From NCBI GenBank assembly GCA_030681265.1, contig JAUXXD010000201.1:7870-71869 (forward strand): DNA of 64,000 nucleotides, read 5' to 3'. A program made the position numbers and the translations under genes. Positions 18,344 to 27,913 of the stretch are shown here, in pieces (positions within the stretch are counted from its first letter, which is position 1; each line of letters begins with the position of its first letter). Origin of the DNA: Candidatus Didemnitutus sp. Lineage in GTDB: Bacteria > Verrucomicrobiota > Verrucomicrobiia > Opitutales > Opitutaceae. The notes beneath the pieces are model-generated. The model did no database searches. It saw nothing but the letters and a program-made list of their open reading frames with translations, and had not been told where the DNA came from.

Positions 18344-19159
18344 ATGGTTGCCGAACACTCTCCTAAAAAACTTTTCTCCGTCACCCTCCGCGTCTGGCGT
18401 CAAGCCAGCACCAAGGAAGCGGGCCGCTTCGTCGATTACCCGTCGTCGAACGTCAGCCCCGACATGTCGTTCCTCGAATTGCTCGACGTCCTCAACGACG
18501 AGTTGACCATCAAGGGCGAGGAACCGATCGCGTTCGCCCACGATTGCCGCGAAGGCATCTGCGGCACGTGCTCGTGCACGATCAACGGTAAGCCGCATGG
18601 TCCGGGCAAAGGCATCGCTACTTGCCAGACTTACATGCGCAGCTTTCAGGAAGGCGACGTCATCGTCGTCGAGCCGTTCCGCGCCACGGCGTTTCCCATC
18701 ATCAAGGATCTCGTCACCGAACGCGCGGCCTTCGACAAGATTCAGCAAGCGGGCGGATTCATCTCCGTGCGCACCGGTGCCGCGCCGGATGCTAACAGCA
18801 TTCCGGTGCCGAAGGAAGATGCCGACCTCGCGATGGACGCCGCGCAATGCATCGGTTGTGGCGCTTGCGTGGCCGCGTGCAAAAACGCCAGCGCGATGCT
18901 CTTCGTCGCGGCGAAAGTTTCGCATCTCGGCCTCATGCCGCAGGGCCAACCGGAACGCGACCGCCGCGTGCTCGCGATGGTTTCGACGATGGACTCGCTC
19001 GGCTTCGGCAGTTGCACCAACCAATACGAGTGCAGCGCCGTGTGCCCGAAAACGATTTCGCACGACTTCATCGCGCGCCTGAATCGCGACTACGTCAGCG
19101 CGCTCATCAAGACGACGTTCAAGCCGACTTCCAATGCCGGCGCTGGCGGCGCGGGCTGA
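18344..19159 (+). CDS. sdhB: Succinate dehydrogenase iron-sulfur subunit
   Basis: [32 protein letters not shown]. Confidence 0.95.
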   Translation: MVAEHSPKKLFSVTLRVWRQASTKEAGRFVDYPSSNVSPDMSFLELLDVLNDELTIKGEEPIAFAHDCREGICGTCSCTINGKPHGPGKGIATCQTYMRSFQEGDVIVVEPFRATAFPIIKDLVTERAAFDKIQQAGGFISVRTGAAPDANSIPVPKEDADLAMDAAQCIGCGACVAACKNASAMLFVAAKVSHLGLMPQGQPERDRRVLAMVSTMDSLGFGSCTNQYECSAVCPKTISHDFIARLNRDYVSALIKTTFKPTSNAGAGGAG

Positions 19160-19184
19160 GTCGTTTTTACAACACGAATTTTCT

Positions 19185-19216
19185 GACGGCACGGTGCAAA
19201 CTGTGCCGTCTTTTTT
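19185..19216 (+). terminator. Terminator of the sdh operon
   Basis: GACGGCACGG-TGCAAA-CTGTGCCGTC-TTTTTT. Confidence 0.85.
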
Positions 19217-19321
19217 GCGTCGATTGCAGAGGAGAAAATGAGGCGGCCGCATTGTGATGCGGAATTGTCTGCAACTTTTCCGACGGGGCTGGGTTTTCCC
19301 AGTATCAACCAATCCACCATA

Positions 19322-19564
19322 ATGAAAACCGCACTTATCTCCACCATCGTCGCCACCCTCTTTGGGTTTGTCGCGCTCGCGAGCGGAATCCACTTCGCCG
19401 CTACCGATCTCATCGCACTGCTCTTCGCCGCCAATCTCGTGGCGTGGACCATTGAGCAATACAGCCGCACGCCACTCGCGCTCAACCTTGCCCGTCCCAT
19501 TCGCCTTCCGGTAACTCTCGGAGTCCGTCACTCCGCGAAGCAAGCCGGCCGGCTTGCCGCCTAA
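19322..19564 (+). CDS. Small hypothetical membrane protein (80 aa)
   Basis: MKTALISTIVATLFGFVALASG, two hydrophobic segments, own terminator downstream. Confidence 0.6.
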   Translation: MKTALISTIVATLFGFVALASGIHFAATDLIALLFAANLVAWTIEQYSRTPLALNLARPIRLPVTLGVRHSAKQAGRLAA

Positions 19565-19583
19565 TGGCGAAAGGTTTTTGGGC

Positions 19584-19616
19584 AGCGGTGCTGGTGCAAA
19601 CCGGCACCGCTTTTTT
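19584..19616 (+). terminator. Rho-independent terminator
   Basis: AGCGGTGCTGG-TGCAAA-CCGGCACCGCT followed by a T run. Confidence 0.8.
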
Positions 19617-19630
19617 ATTGGCAGTTACAA

Positions 19631-19680
19631 GTAGGCGGCGCGCTTGCTGCGCCACGTCGCGCGACGAGCGCGCAACCTAC
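19631..19680. repeat. Stand-alone GTAG-type REP palindrome
   Basis: GTAGGCGGCGCGCTTGCTGCGCCACGTCGCGCGACGAGCGCGCAACCTAC, same family as 6933-6982 and 10520-10569. Confidence 0.8.
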
Positions 19681-19711
19681 TTCTCCATCCGAATCCGATC
19701 GTCGGATTCGC

Positions 19712-20134
19712 TTACTTCACCGCGACCGTGCCGCTGCCTTGCAGCTTAATATCACGCGTGTTTTCGCCGTAGAGACGAAGCTCAAGTTTCGATTCGATGC
19801 GATACGCCCCGGCACCGCGCGCTACGTTACTGGTGCCTTTTACCACGCCGACGTGTTCGGCGATAGTTTGCGGTGCCATGCCGATCGGCTGCGTAATCTT
19901 CAGCGTGCCAACCGTGCGCCCATCGACGATCAGCTTGTGCTCGGCGCTCACGATGTTGAACGCGACCAACGTGGGATTGCCGATCCGCACCGTTGCCGTC
20001 ACCGAGCCGTCACTGCTGTTTTCCAACGACGTGAGTTCGACGTTGAGTCCGGTCAGCGTATTCTGGCTGTTGCAACTAGTGAGCAGACCGAGCGCGCCGC
20101 AAATCAGGAAAAGAGTCAGGACAAATTGCTTCAT
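19712..20134 (-). CDS. LEA type 2 (WHy)-like lipoprotein
   Basis: Lipobox-like LLTSC; VRIGNPTLVAFNI pattern typical of LEA_2. Confidence 0.65.
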   Translation of the reverse strand: MKQFVLTLFLICGALGLLTSCNSQNTLTGLNVELTSLENSSDGSVTATVRIGNPTLVAFNIVSAEHKLIVDGRTVGTLKITQPIGMAPQTIAEHVGVVKGTSNVARGAGAYRIESKLELRLYGENTRDIKLQGSGTVAVK

Positions 20135-20176
20135 GGGGAGCCACTGTGAGCGGCAGTCGCCACCGGCGGCAAGGCC

Positions 20177-20824
20177 TTACTCTTTGGCCGCTTTCTTCTT
20201 TCCGTCGCCGCTTTTCCCGCCGAGTTCGAACTGCGCGATCGCCCCGACTGCCGCGAGTGCGATGATGGCAGGGAACATCCAGCTGTTGTTCTCAATCAGC
20301 GCAGGAATCTGCTGCGGCTGGCGATAATAGAAAACCCAGTCGATCTGACTGGTGAAAAACGACAGCGCCAGCACCGCGCGGAACGAACCAAGCAGCGCCG
20401 TGGCGAGCATGATGAGCACGCGTTGCAACTTGAGCGCCGCAAACCCGCCGACCAAACCGGCGATGACCGCCGCGAGCACCGCCACCATGTGATCGAAGTG
20501 CGCCAACAACAGCAGCGCCAGCGTCGCGCCAAAACCGAATCCGGCGAAAAACACCGCCGCCAAGTAGAGCAGGAACGCCAACCCCGCGCCGAGCAACGCC
20601 CCCGCGAGGAGCGCCGCGAGCTCGATGTTGGAGCCGAGGCCGAGCGCCAGTGCGCCCGCTTGGCCGAGCAACGCGCCCGTCACCGCGCCGAGCAGCGCGA
20701 TGGTGACCTTGAAAATCCGGTAGCCGAAAAAGCAATCGAGCAGTCCCCACGTGAGGGCGGCGACAGAGATCCACGGATAAAGTTCAGGCTCGAATTGCAC
20801 CGCGGCCACCCAAGCGCAGTCCAC
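20177..20824 (-). CDS. DUF4203/TM198-like multi-pass membrane protein
   Basis: CFFGYRIFK motif, Gly/Ala-rich TM helices. Confidence 0.75.
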   Translation of the reverse strand: MDCAWVAAVQFEPELYPWISVAALTWGLLDCFFGYRIFKVTIALLGAVTGALLGQAGALALGLGSNIELAALLAGALLGAGLAFLLYLAAVFFAGFGFGATLALLLLAHFDHMVAVLAAVIAGLVGGFAALKLQRVLIMLATALLGSFRAVLALSFFTSQIDWVFYYRQPQQIPALIENNSWMFPAIIALAAVGAIAQFELGGKSGDGKKKAAKE

Positions 20825-21179
20825 GCAGAATTGCCATGCGGGAATTCTGCAAAATTAGACAGGCGCCTTCCCACTACTCAGCAAATTGCGCCCAGCAATG
20901 CCTCTGTGCATGTCGCCATCAATCGCGTATAATGTGTGCGTTGCGACACGGCATGTCCGGAGAATGCCGGCGTGTCGCGGTATCGAAGGAATCTCCATTG
21001 GCAAAGTTCACACTTACACGCGATCTACTGCGTAGCGATTTAGTGATCGTCCTCAGATTAAAACACACACGCCATTGACATTTTCCGGAATTCATCATTC
21101 TGGGCGTAGGTTGCGCATTCACACGCAATGTCATTTAGCGACGCACAAGGGCCATGTGCCTCGCTCATCAATAAATATT

Positions 21180-24100
21180 ATGCACTATCGATCTCTGGCC
21201 CGCCTGATTCGCGGTTTCGCGCTAATGCTCTTGCTCATTGGGCTGACTGGACGCGCATTCGCGCTGCCCCCTGGCTCGCAGTTGGATCCTCAAGATTTAG
21301 GTGGTGGCAATGGCGTGCCGTGGAGCACCGCGAATTTTATCACGACCGGCAGCGGCTACGATCTGCGTAGCGGCCGCGTGGTGAGAACGGTGAAGGACTT
21401 TGCGGTGGCGGGGAGCGTGGGAGGTGTGCCCTTGGAGCAAACGCGCGTGGCCTACACCCAGGCTGTCAGTGTTATTGGAGGCGTCCTCGGCGAGACTCGA
21501 TGGGTGATGAACGCCTACGATTACCAAGTGCTGCAACCCACGAGTCTGATATACCCCTCCGGCTCCAATGTGCAGTTCGCCGTTGCGAGCACCGATGGTG
21601 TCACGACTTGGCGGCAGCGGAATTACGGGCATGATCGTGTGAAACTCAATCCCGATAATACCATCGCGCAATTATGGCTGGGCGACGGCTCCTCCGTCGA
21701 GTTCTCCGCCAGCCGCGCCGTGAGGATCAAGGACCGGCATGGACTCGCCCTTACCCTTACCTACGGTGCGGACGGGCTTGCGCAGGTCTCCGATGCCGCT
21801 GGCCGGAGCATCACCTACACTTACTACACTGTGCCAGGGACAACGACCCGGCGACTCAGGCGAGCCACCGGCAGCGACGGTCAATGGGCGGAATACAGCT
21901 GGTCAGACGGCGCGCGCCTGATTGGCGTGACTTACAGTGACGGCACCTCGGCGTCGTATTCCTATACGGTTGCTTCGGGTGCCCAAGTCCTGCCCAGCGT
22001 GCTGCAAGATACTCGTGCGTCGGCCAAGATGCAGGCAGTGAAATACGCTTTCATGGGTCGAGCGGCCGGCAACCCCGAATCCCATACCGCGCTAGCCGTG
22101 CTCTCAGAGTCCGACCCGGGCACGAACACGCTTGTTACTCTCCGTGACCCCGATGCCTTTCAGCCGCGCAACTCGTCGACCATTGCTCCATTTTCGGAGA
22201 CTCGCGGAGATGGCGGTTATCGCGAGGTGCATTTTAAATACGAGCAGGTGGTCAAGGTCATCGGCTTTGCTGGTGACGTGACCAATATCATCTACGAGGG
22301 GCAAAACGGTCAGAACAACTGTGTCAAATCCGTGAGCGACGGATTGGGGCGCGTGACACAGTATGTAAACGAACCCGTCACTGGGCGTGTGTCGAAAATC
22401 ACGTATCCGGATGGCAACTACCGCGAGTTCACGTTCAGCAATGCGGCGCATCCCTACTTCGTCACCACCTCGCGGGATGAGCTGGGCCGCATCACGAACT
22501 ACACGCGCTATGCGAATGGGGCGTTGCAGCGTATCGACTACCCCGACGGCAGCCACGAGTCTTGGCCGACGCTTAATTCCTACAACCAACCGACATCGCA
22601 CCGCTTGCGCAATGGCGCGACCGAATGGTGGGAATTCGATTCGGCCGGCCGCTTGCTGAAACACTACTTGCCAAGCCATACCACGCAGCAGGATTACGTT
22701 GAATACACCTACTACCCTGACACCCATGTCTGGAAGGACCGAGTCAAGACCGTCCGCGATCCGCGCGGCAACGTCACCACCTACGAATACGACTTGGCAT
22801 TTGTGAATGATATCCAAGGCACCACGCCGTGCGCCGGCCGTGGGCTCGTAACGAGGATCATCAACCCCGACAACACGGAGCTCACCTTCGGCTACGATAA
22901 GTTTGGCAACAAAATTTGGGAGGAAAACGAGCTTCGTGAGCGCACCAGCTACACTTTCGACGGCTACCAACGTTTGCTGACGACAACCAACGCACTCAAC
23001 GAAACCACCACGCTCAATTACACGCACTATCGCGCTGCGGATGGGATGGCATTTGTTGGGACGAGGCACACCTCGGAACGTCCCGGCTCGGTCACGAGCC
23101 CTTCAGGTCGCGTCGACCGGTTTTACTATCTCGAGGATTACAAGCCGCTCAAGACGGTCACAGGCTACGGCACTGCGGATGCCTCTACCGTCGCCTTCGA
23201 ATACGACTCCGTCGGCAATCTTGCGAAACTAAGCCAGCAAGTTGATTTAACCCTCTGGCGCGTGACCACCTACGGCTACGACACGCGCAATCGCAAACGC
23301 TTCGAATATGCCCCGCTCAACCGCACCACCGAGTGGCAATACGACGCTGTCGGCAACGTGCGATTTGTCATCAACCCCGACGCCACCTCGACGGAGAAGA
23401 CCTACAACGCGATGAATCAGGTCGCGACCTCGGTTGACGAGATGGGCGACACCACCAGCTTTACCTACAACAGCGCCGGCCTCGTCCACCAGCTCATCGA
23501 TCCGCGCGGCAAAATCTACACCAACACCTACGCCGCCGCCGGCCGCCTGACTAAGCGGCAATACCCCGACGCGACGGAGGAAAACTGGGACTACGACGCC
23601 GCGGGCAATGTCGACGCCTACTACAACCGCTCGAACCAGAAACAGAGCTACGCCTACAACACCCGCAATCGCGAGACGGCCCGCTCCTGGCAGGGCGACG
23701 TGGCGCCGACCGTTAGCACGGCGTATTACGCCAACGGCCTCGTGTGGACGCGCGGCAACGGCGTCAGCACGACCACCAACACCTATTACGCCACCGGCGC
23801 TCTGCACACGCAGCAGCAGGCCATCGCCAGCGGCCCGTCCGTCACGCTGACTTTCAGCTACGATGCCGATGGCCGCCGCCAGACCTTCAACGGCGGCACC
23901 GGCCGCGACCACGGCTACACCTACAACGCGCGCGGCGGCTTGCACAACGTGAAGAACGGCGGGCTGAGCGGCACCGACCTCGCCACCTACACCTACAACC
24001 TCGCCGAGCAGCGCGCCACGCGCACCTCTGGCAACGGCATTGTCGCCACCTATGCCTACGACGCCGCCGGCCGCCTCAATTACCTCAACGCCGCCAGCGT

Positions 24101-25514
24101 GCTGCGCCTCGACTTCGGGCACGACGTGCGCGACCGCCGCACGTGGACTCTCCGCGACCAGAACCTCGGCGACACGTATGAGTATTTCAACGACAGCGAA
24201 CTCTACCGCTACCGCCACGGCGTTACGCGTCCGGACCAGAACTTCAACAACCCGGCCCAGCGCACCGACTCGTTCGACTACGACCCCTCGGGCAACCGCC
24301 TCCAATTCAGCCGCGGCGGCGCGGTGACTAGCTATACCGCCGGTGATGACAACCGCTACACCGCCGTCAGCGGCAATACGATCGCCCACGACGCACGCGG
24401 CAACGTCACCACGTGGGACGGCAAGACCTTCGGCTACGACGCCGACAACCGCCTCATCTCCGCCACCGCCACCGGCCTGACGATGACCTTCGCCTACGAC
24501 AGCGCCGGCCGGCTCGTGAAGCTCGTGAAAAACGGCGTTACCGAATACCGCTTCTACGATGGCGCGCAGTGCTTCCTCCGCACTGACGGCAACGGCACTG
24601 CCATCGACTGGACCGTCTGGGGCCCGACGCCCGACGAAGTCATCGCCCGCCAAGTGAGCGGCGCCTGGCAATTCTACCATCAGGACCAGATCAACAGCGT
24701 CTACGCCGTCACCAACGCCGCCGGCAGCGTCCTCGAGCGCTACCTCTACGACCCCTTCGGCCTGCCCGACGTCCGCGATGCGAACTGGGGCTCCCTCGGA
24801 ACCTACACCGTGATCGGGAATCCGTGGCTCTTCACCGGCCAGGAGTGGCGCGGCGATCTAAGTCTCTCCAACTACAAGGCTCGTTGGTATCAGCCGACGC
24901 TCGGCCGCTTCCTGCAGAACGATCCGGTGAGGTTCGATGCAGGGGACGTTAATCTCTATCGCTATTGTGGGAACGATCCAATGAACCGGTCTGATCCTCT
25001 CGGATTGGCTGACGTGATCCTTGTATTACAGCAAGATCGTGCGTTCTCAGCGGCCGAAAGTGTTCCGGCTGGGGGTGATATCTTTACGGTAGCTGTTCAC
25101 GGAATGGCGGACGGAGGCTTCGCAGCTGACAGACAGGGCGAGAACACCCTATCCACCCGGCAAGTCACGCGCAGCATCGAAAAAGGAGGGCACGAAGAAG
25201 GAAAACCGATCCAGATGATTATGTGTCATGCTGGTGCAAAGCCCAATCTACGCGCCATGAAAAGTATCGCCAAGAGCAGAAAATCTCCTGTAATTGCCGC
25301 AACAAAGGCAGTTGGGGTGAGGAACAAAGAGTCAGATGGCGCGTTCGTCGACGTTGTTACCGGAACATTCGATAAGGACGGTAACATAACGGAAAAGGGT
25401 GAATGGATTCAAGTTAACCCTGATGGATCGGTTACGCAAGTTACCGTGAGCGGCGCGCTTGGCGAGAAGGTCAAACTCCCGAAAGACCCACCGAAGCCTG
25501 AGGAAAAGAAATGA
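21180..25514 (+). CDS. Rhs/YD-repeat polymorphic toxin with N-terminal signal peptide and putative His/Cys protease C-terminal domain
   Basis: Likely start MHYRSLARLIRGFALMLLLIGLTGRAFA; YD repeats; core end GRFLQNDPVRFDAGDVNLYRYCGNDPMNRSDPLGL (ends at 25007); tip with FTVAVHG and IQMIMCHAG. Confidence 0.9.
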   Translation: MHYRSLARLIRGFALMLLLIGLTGRAFALPPGSQLDPQDLGGGNGVPWSTANFITTGSGYDLRSGRVVRTVKDFAVAGSVGGVPLEQTRVAYTQAVSVIGGVLGETRWVMNAYDYQVLQPTSLIYPSGSNVQFAVASTDGVTTWRQRNYGHDRVKLNPDNTIAQLWLGDGSSVEFSASRAVRIKDRHGLALTLTYGADGLAQVSDAAGRSITYTYYTVPGTTTRRLRRATGSDGQWAEYSWSDGARLIGVTYSDGTSASYSYTVASGAQVLPSVLQDTRASAKMQAVKYAFMGRAAGNPESHTALAVLSESDPGTNTLVTLRDPDAFQPRNSSTIAPFSETRGDGGYREVHFKYEQVVKVIGFAGDVTNIIYEGQNGQNNCVKSVSDGLGRVTQYVNEPVTGRVSKITYPDGNYREFTFSNAAHPYFVTTSRDELGRITNYTRYANGALQRIDYPDGSHESWPTLNSYNQPTSHRLRNGATEWWEFDSAGRLLKHYLPSHTTQQDYVEYTYYPDTHVWKDRVKTVRDPRGNVTTYEYDLAFVNDIQGTTPCAGRGLVTRIINPDNTELTFGYDKFGNKIWEENELRERTSYTFDGYQRLLTTTNALNETTTLNYTHYRAADGMAFVGTRHTSERPGSVTSPSGRVDRFYYLEDYKPLKTVTGYGTADASTVAFEYDSVGNLAKLSQQVDLTLWRVTTYGYDTRNRKRFEYAPLNRTTEWQYDAVGNVRFVINPDATSTEKTYNAMNQVATSVDEMGDTTSFTYNSAGLVHQLIDPRGKIYTNTYAAAGRLTKRQYPDATEENWDYDAAGNVDAYYNRSNQKQSYAYNTRNRETARSWQGDVAPTVSTAYYANGLVWTRGNGVSTTTNTYYATGALHTQQQAIASGPSVTLTFSYDADGRRQTFNGGTGRDHGYTYNARGGLHNVKNGGLSGTDLATYTYNLAEQRATRTSGNGIVATYAYDAAGRLNYLNAASVLRLDFGHDVRDRRTWTLRDQNLGDTYEYFNDSELYRYRHGVTRPDQNFNNPAQRTDSFDYDPSGNRLQFSRGGAVTSYTAGDDNRYTAVSGNTIAHDARGNVTTWDGKTFGYDADNRLISATATGLTMTFAYDSAGRLVKLVKNGVTEYRFYDGAQCFLRTDGNGTAIDWTVWGPTPDEVIARQVSGAWQFYHQDQINSVYAVTNAAGSVLERYLYDPFGLPDVRDANWGSLGTYTVIGNPWLFTGQEWRGDLSLSNYKARWYQPTLGRFLQNDPVRFDAGDVNLYRYCGNDPMNRSDPLGLADVILVLQQDRAFSAAESVPAGGDIFTVAVHGMADGGFAADRQGENTLSTRQVTRSIEKGGHEEGKPIQMIMCHAGAKPNLRAMKSIAKSRKSPVIAATKAVGVRNKESDGAFVDVVTGTFDKDGNITEKGEWIQVNPDGSVTQVTVSGALGEKVKLPKDPPKPEEKK

Positions 25515-25915
25515 AACATGTCGTCATAACGTTAGTAACAGCAATCTCCATGTTGGGTTGCGCTACTAGGCCGAAGGATAGTTCATTAGGATCAAAATCC
25601 ATTACGGTGCATTTAGGAGAACATGCGGTGATGGACGAAACGAGTTTGAAAAAAATGAGCGAACTGGCGCATGGGGGAGACGGTCCCGCAGCCTATGCGG
25701 TCGCGATGCATTACGCTATCGGTATAGGGGATCCTGAGAAAGCGTCCTACTACCGCAAGTTAGCGATCACCGCCGAGTATCCGCCAGCTGTTTATGCTGA
25801 AGCTATTCGCGCATGGGATATCGACGGTGATGCGGTGAGGGCTCGAAGTTTGCTAAAGCGGGCCTTAGAACTCGGGCACCCGGATACGGCGAACCTTGAT
25901 AAGGAGATTCCCTAA
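25511..25915 (+). CDS. Putative immunity lipoprotein with Sel1-like repeats
   Basis: ATGA overlap with the Rhs stop; MKHVVITLVTAISMLGC lipobox-like; GDGPAAYAVAMHYAIG..DPEKA; lower GC, like the toxin tip. Confidence 0.7.
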   Translation: MKHVVITLVTAISMLGCATRPKDSSLGSKSITVHLGEHAVMDETSLKKMSELAHGGDGPAAYAVAMHYAIGIGDPEKASYYRKLAITAEYPPAVYAEAIRAWDIDGDAVRARSLLKRALELGHPDTANLDKEIP

Positions 25916-26000
25916 AAGAAATCGCGGGCGGTCCGGGACAATCCGCCCGCTCGCGCAGCGACTTGGTATGAACCGTCAGGGAGCCACTGCTGTCCAGGTC

Positions 26001-26304
26001 AGCCAAATAAGGGGTCATTCCTTGAATCTTGACAAAAATGGTGACGGGCGCTGACTCACGCATATGGCACGAGCACTGCGATTGGAATTCGAGGGGGCGT
26101 GTTATCACGTGATCAACCGCGGGAATTACCGGCGGAATCTGTTCGAGCCGAAAGGGGCGGCGAAGGCGTTTGAGGACTGCTTGTTCGAGGTGTGTGCGAA
26201 GTGCGGCTGGCGGCTGCATGCCTATGTGATCATGCGCAACCACTTCCATCTGGCCTTGGAAACTCCCGAACCGAACCTCAGCGTAGGCATGAAGTGGCTG
26301 CAAG
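26001..26304 (+). pseudogene. Truncated 5' copy of the Y1/RAYT-like transposase element
   Basis: 304-bp direct repeat of the segment starting at 26305, with about 6 differences; ORF 26064 breaks after MKWLQ. Confidence 0.85.
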
Positions 26305-26312
26305 AGCCAAAT

Positions 26313-27360
26313 AAGGGGTCATTCCTTGAATCTTGACAAAAAGGGTGACGGGCGCTGACTCACGCATATGGCACGAGCACTGCGTTTGGAATTCGAGGGG
26401 GCGTGTTACCACGTGATCAACCGCGGGAATTACCGGCGGAATCTGTTCGAGCCGAAAGGGGCGGCGAAGGCGTTTGAGGACTGCTTGTTCGCGGTGTGTG
26501 CGAAGTGCGGCTGGCGGCTGCATGCCTATGTGATCATGCGCAACCACTTCCATCTGGCCTTGGAAACTCCCGAACCGAACCTCAGCATAGGCATGAAGTG
26601 GCTGCAGGGCACTTGGGCGGCGCGATTCAACCGGTTCCGCGGCCAAGTGGGGCGTCCATTTCAGGGGCGCTTCAAGGCGTTGCACGTCGAGCCCGGCCAC
26701 GCGCTCGCGCAGGTTGCCCACTATATCCATTTGAATCCCGTGCGCGCCAAGGTGGTGTCACCAGATCGGTTGGCCGAGTTTGAATGGAGCAGTTTGCGCT
26801 GGTTTGCGCGCAAAGACCGGCTGGCGTTCCTCGCGGCGGAAACGATCATGGGCGAGAGCGGCGGGTTGCCCGATACGGCCGCGGGCTGGAGGCGGTATCA
26901 CGCGTATTTGGCCCTGCTAGCAGAAGAGGCACCGGCCAAACGGGAAGAGCGTTTTGCGCGGCTCAGCCGGGGTTGGGTGGTGGGGTCGCCTGAGTTTAAG
27001 AAAGAGTTGCGCAAAGAGCTTCGGCAAAAGGGCGCGCTGCTGGACCGTGCGTCGCTGTCCGGCACGGACGCCGTGGCGGCGCTGCGCGAGGAGGAGTGGG
27101 AGGAGCAATTAACGAAGGCGGCGAAGGCCCTGCGGATCAATCTGGATAAACTAGGGCCGCGCAAGTCGGCCGCCGAGAAAGTGAAATTGGCCGCGGCGAT
27201 GAGGGCCGTGACGACGGCGTCGAACGGCTGGCTCGCGACGCGCTTGGCCATGGGACAGCCAGCGAGTGTGAGTCAGTTCACGCGCCGCTTCCGGCTCGAC
27301 GGCGGCCAGGATGCGCGCGATTTTCAGGCCGCTTTGTCAAGAATCAAGGAATGACCCCTT
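26313..27360 (+). mobile_element. Y1 (IS200-like/RAYT) transposase element with 26-bp terminal inverted repeats
   Basis: Left AAGGGGTCATTCCTTGAATCTTGACA (26313-26338); right TGTCAAGAATCAAGGAATGACCCCTT (27335-27360); 1 mismatch. Confidence 0.75.
26368..27354 (+). CDS. Y1/HUH transposase (RAYT-like) with C-terminal extension
   Basis: YHVINRGN, HAYVIMRNHFHL (HUH), YIHLNPVRA (catalytic Tyr). Confidence 0.88.
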   Translation: MARALRLEFEGACYHVINRGNYRRNLFEPKGAAKAFEDCLFAVCAKCGWRLHAYVIMRNHFHLALETPEPNLSIGMKWLQGTWAARFNRFRGQVGRPFQGRFKALHVEPGHALAQVAHYIHLNPVRAKVVSPDRLAEFEWSSLRWFARKDRLAFLAAETIMGESGGLPDTAAGWRRYHAYLALLAEEAPAKREERFARLSRGWVVGSPEFKKELRKELRQKGALLDRASLSGTDAVAALREEEWEEQLTKAAKALRINLDKLGPRKSAAEKVKLAAAMRAVTTASNGWLATRLAMGQPASVSQFTRRFRLDGGQDARDFQAALSRIKE

Positions 27361-27633
27361 TTCGCAGTTCCGCCACCCGGCCCAATCGCTTCCTCTACGT
27401 CCATACACCCAAGCATGGCTCTTGGCTCAATCTGGTCGAAACGCTCTTCGGGAAAATGGCGCGCACCTTCTTGCGTGGCATCCGGGTTCAAAGCTGGCAG
27501 GAATTGCGCGCCCGCATCCTGCAGGGCATTGCCGAAATTAATGCCGCCCCCGTCGTCCACCGCTGGCGCAACTTCACCGCCTTGGATAAACCGGCTGCTT
27601 AAGTGTTCACCTTTCATTCAAACGTTATACTAG
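27361..27633 (+). pseudogene. IS630-family transposase C-terminal fragment with probable element end
   Basis: HTPKHGSWLNLVETLFGKMARTFLRG is a typical IS630 DDE C-terminus; sequence ends ...GTTATACTAG. Confidence 0.8.
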
Positions 27634-27913
27634 TGAGGACCAACGTGCCTTGCGAGGTAGGTTGGGTCCTGAGTGTTAGGTATCACTTGATCCACGGTGA
27701 TGGGTGACACTTTCAAGGCATGTTCTGGAACCAGAGCGCGCCGCATAGAATAACTCATTTGATTCGTCAGGCGCGCTCGCCGCGCAACGTGGCGCGACCA
27801 TTACGCCATCTACAAAAGGCGAATAACAAAGCAGGCCTCGCGTCCGGGTTGCACCGGACGCGGTTCGCGTATCGCAGGAAAGCGGCGCTCGCTGACGCCG
27901 CCGCGGGTGCAAC

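Noticed and set aside
20905-21101. Sigma70 promoter for the Rhs gene (TATAAT at 20928, TTGACA at 21075)
   Set aside because: Neither hexamer has a good partner at 16-18 nt spacing.
23247-24680. 477-aa minus-strand ORF inside Rhs
   Set aside because: Shadow of the high-GC3 Rhs core.
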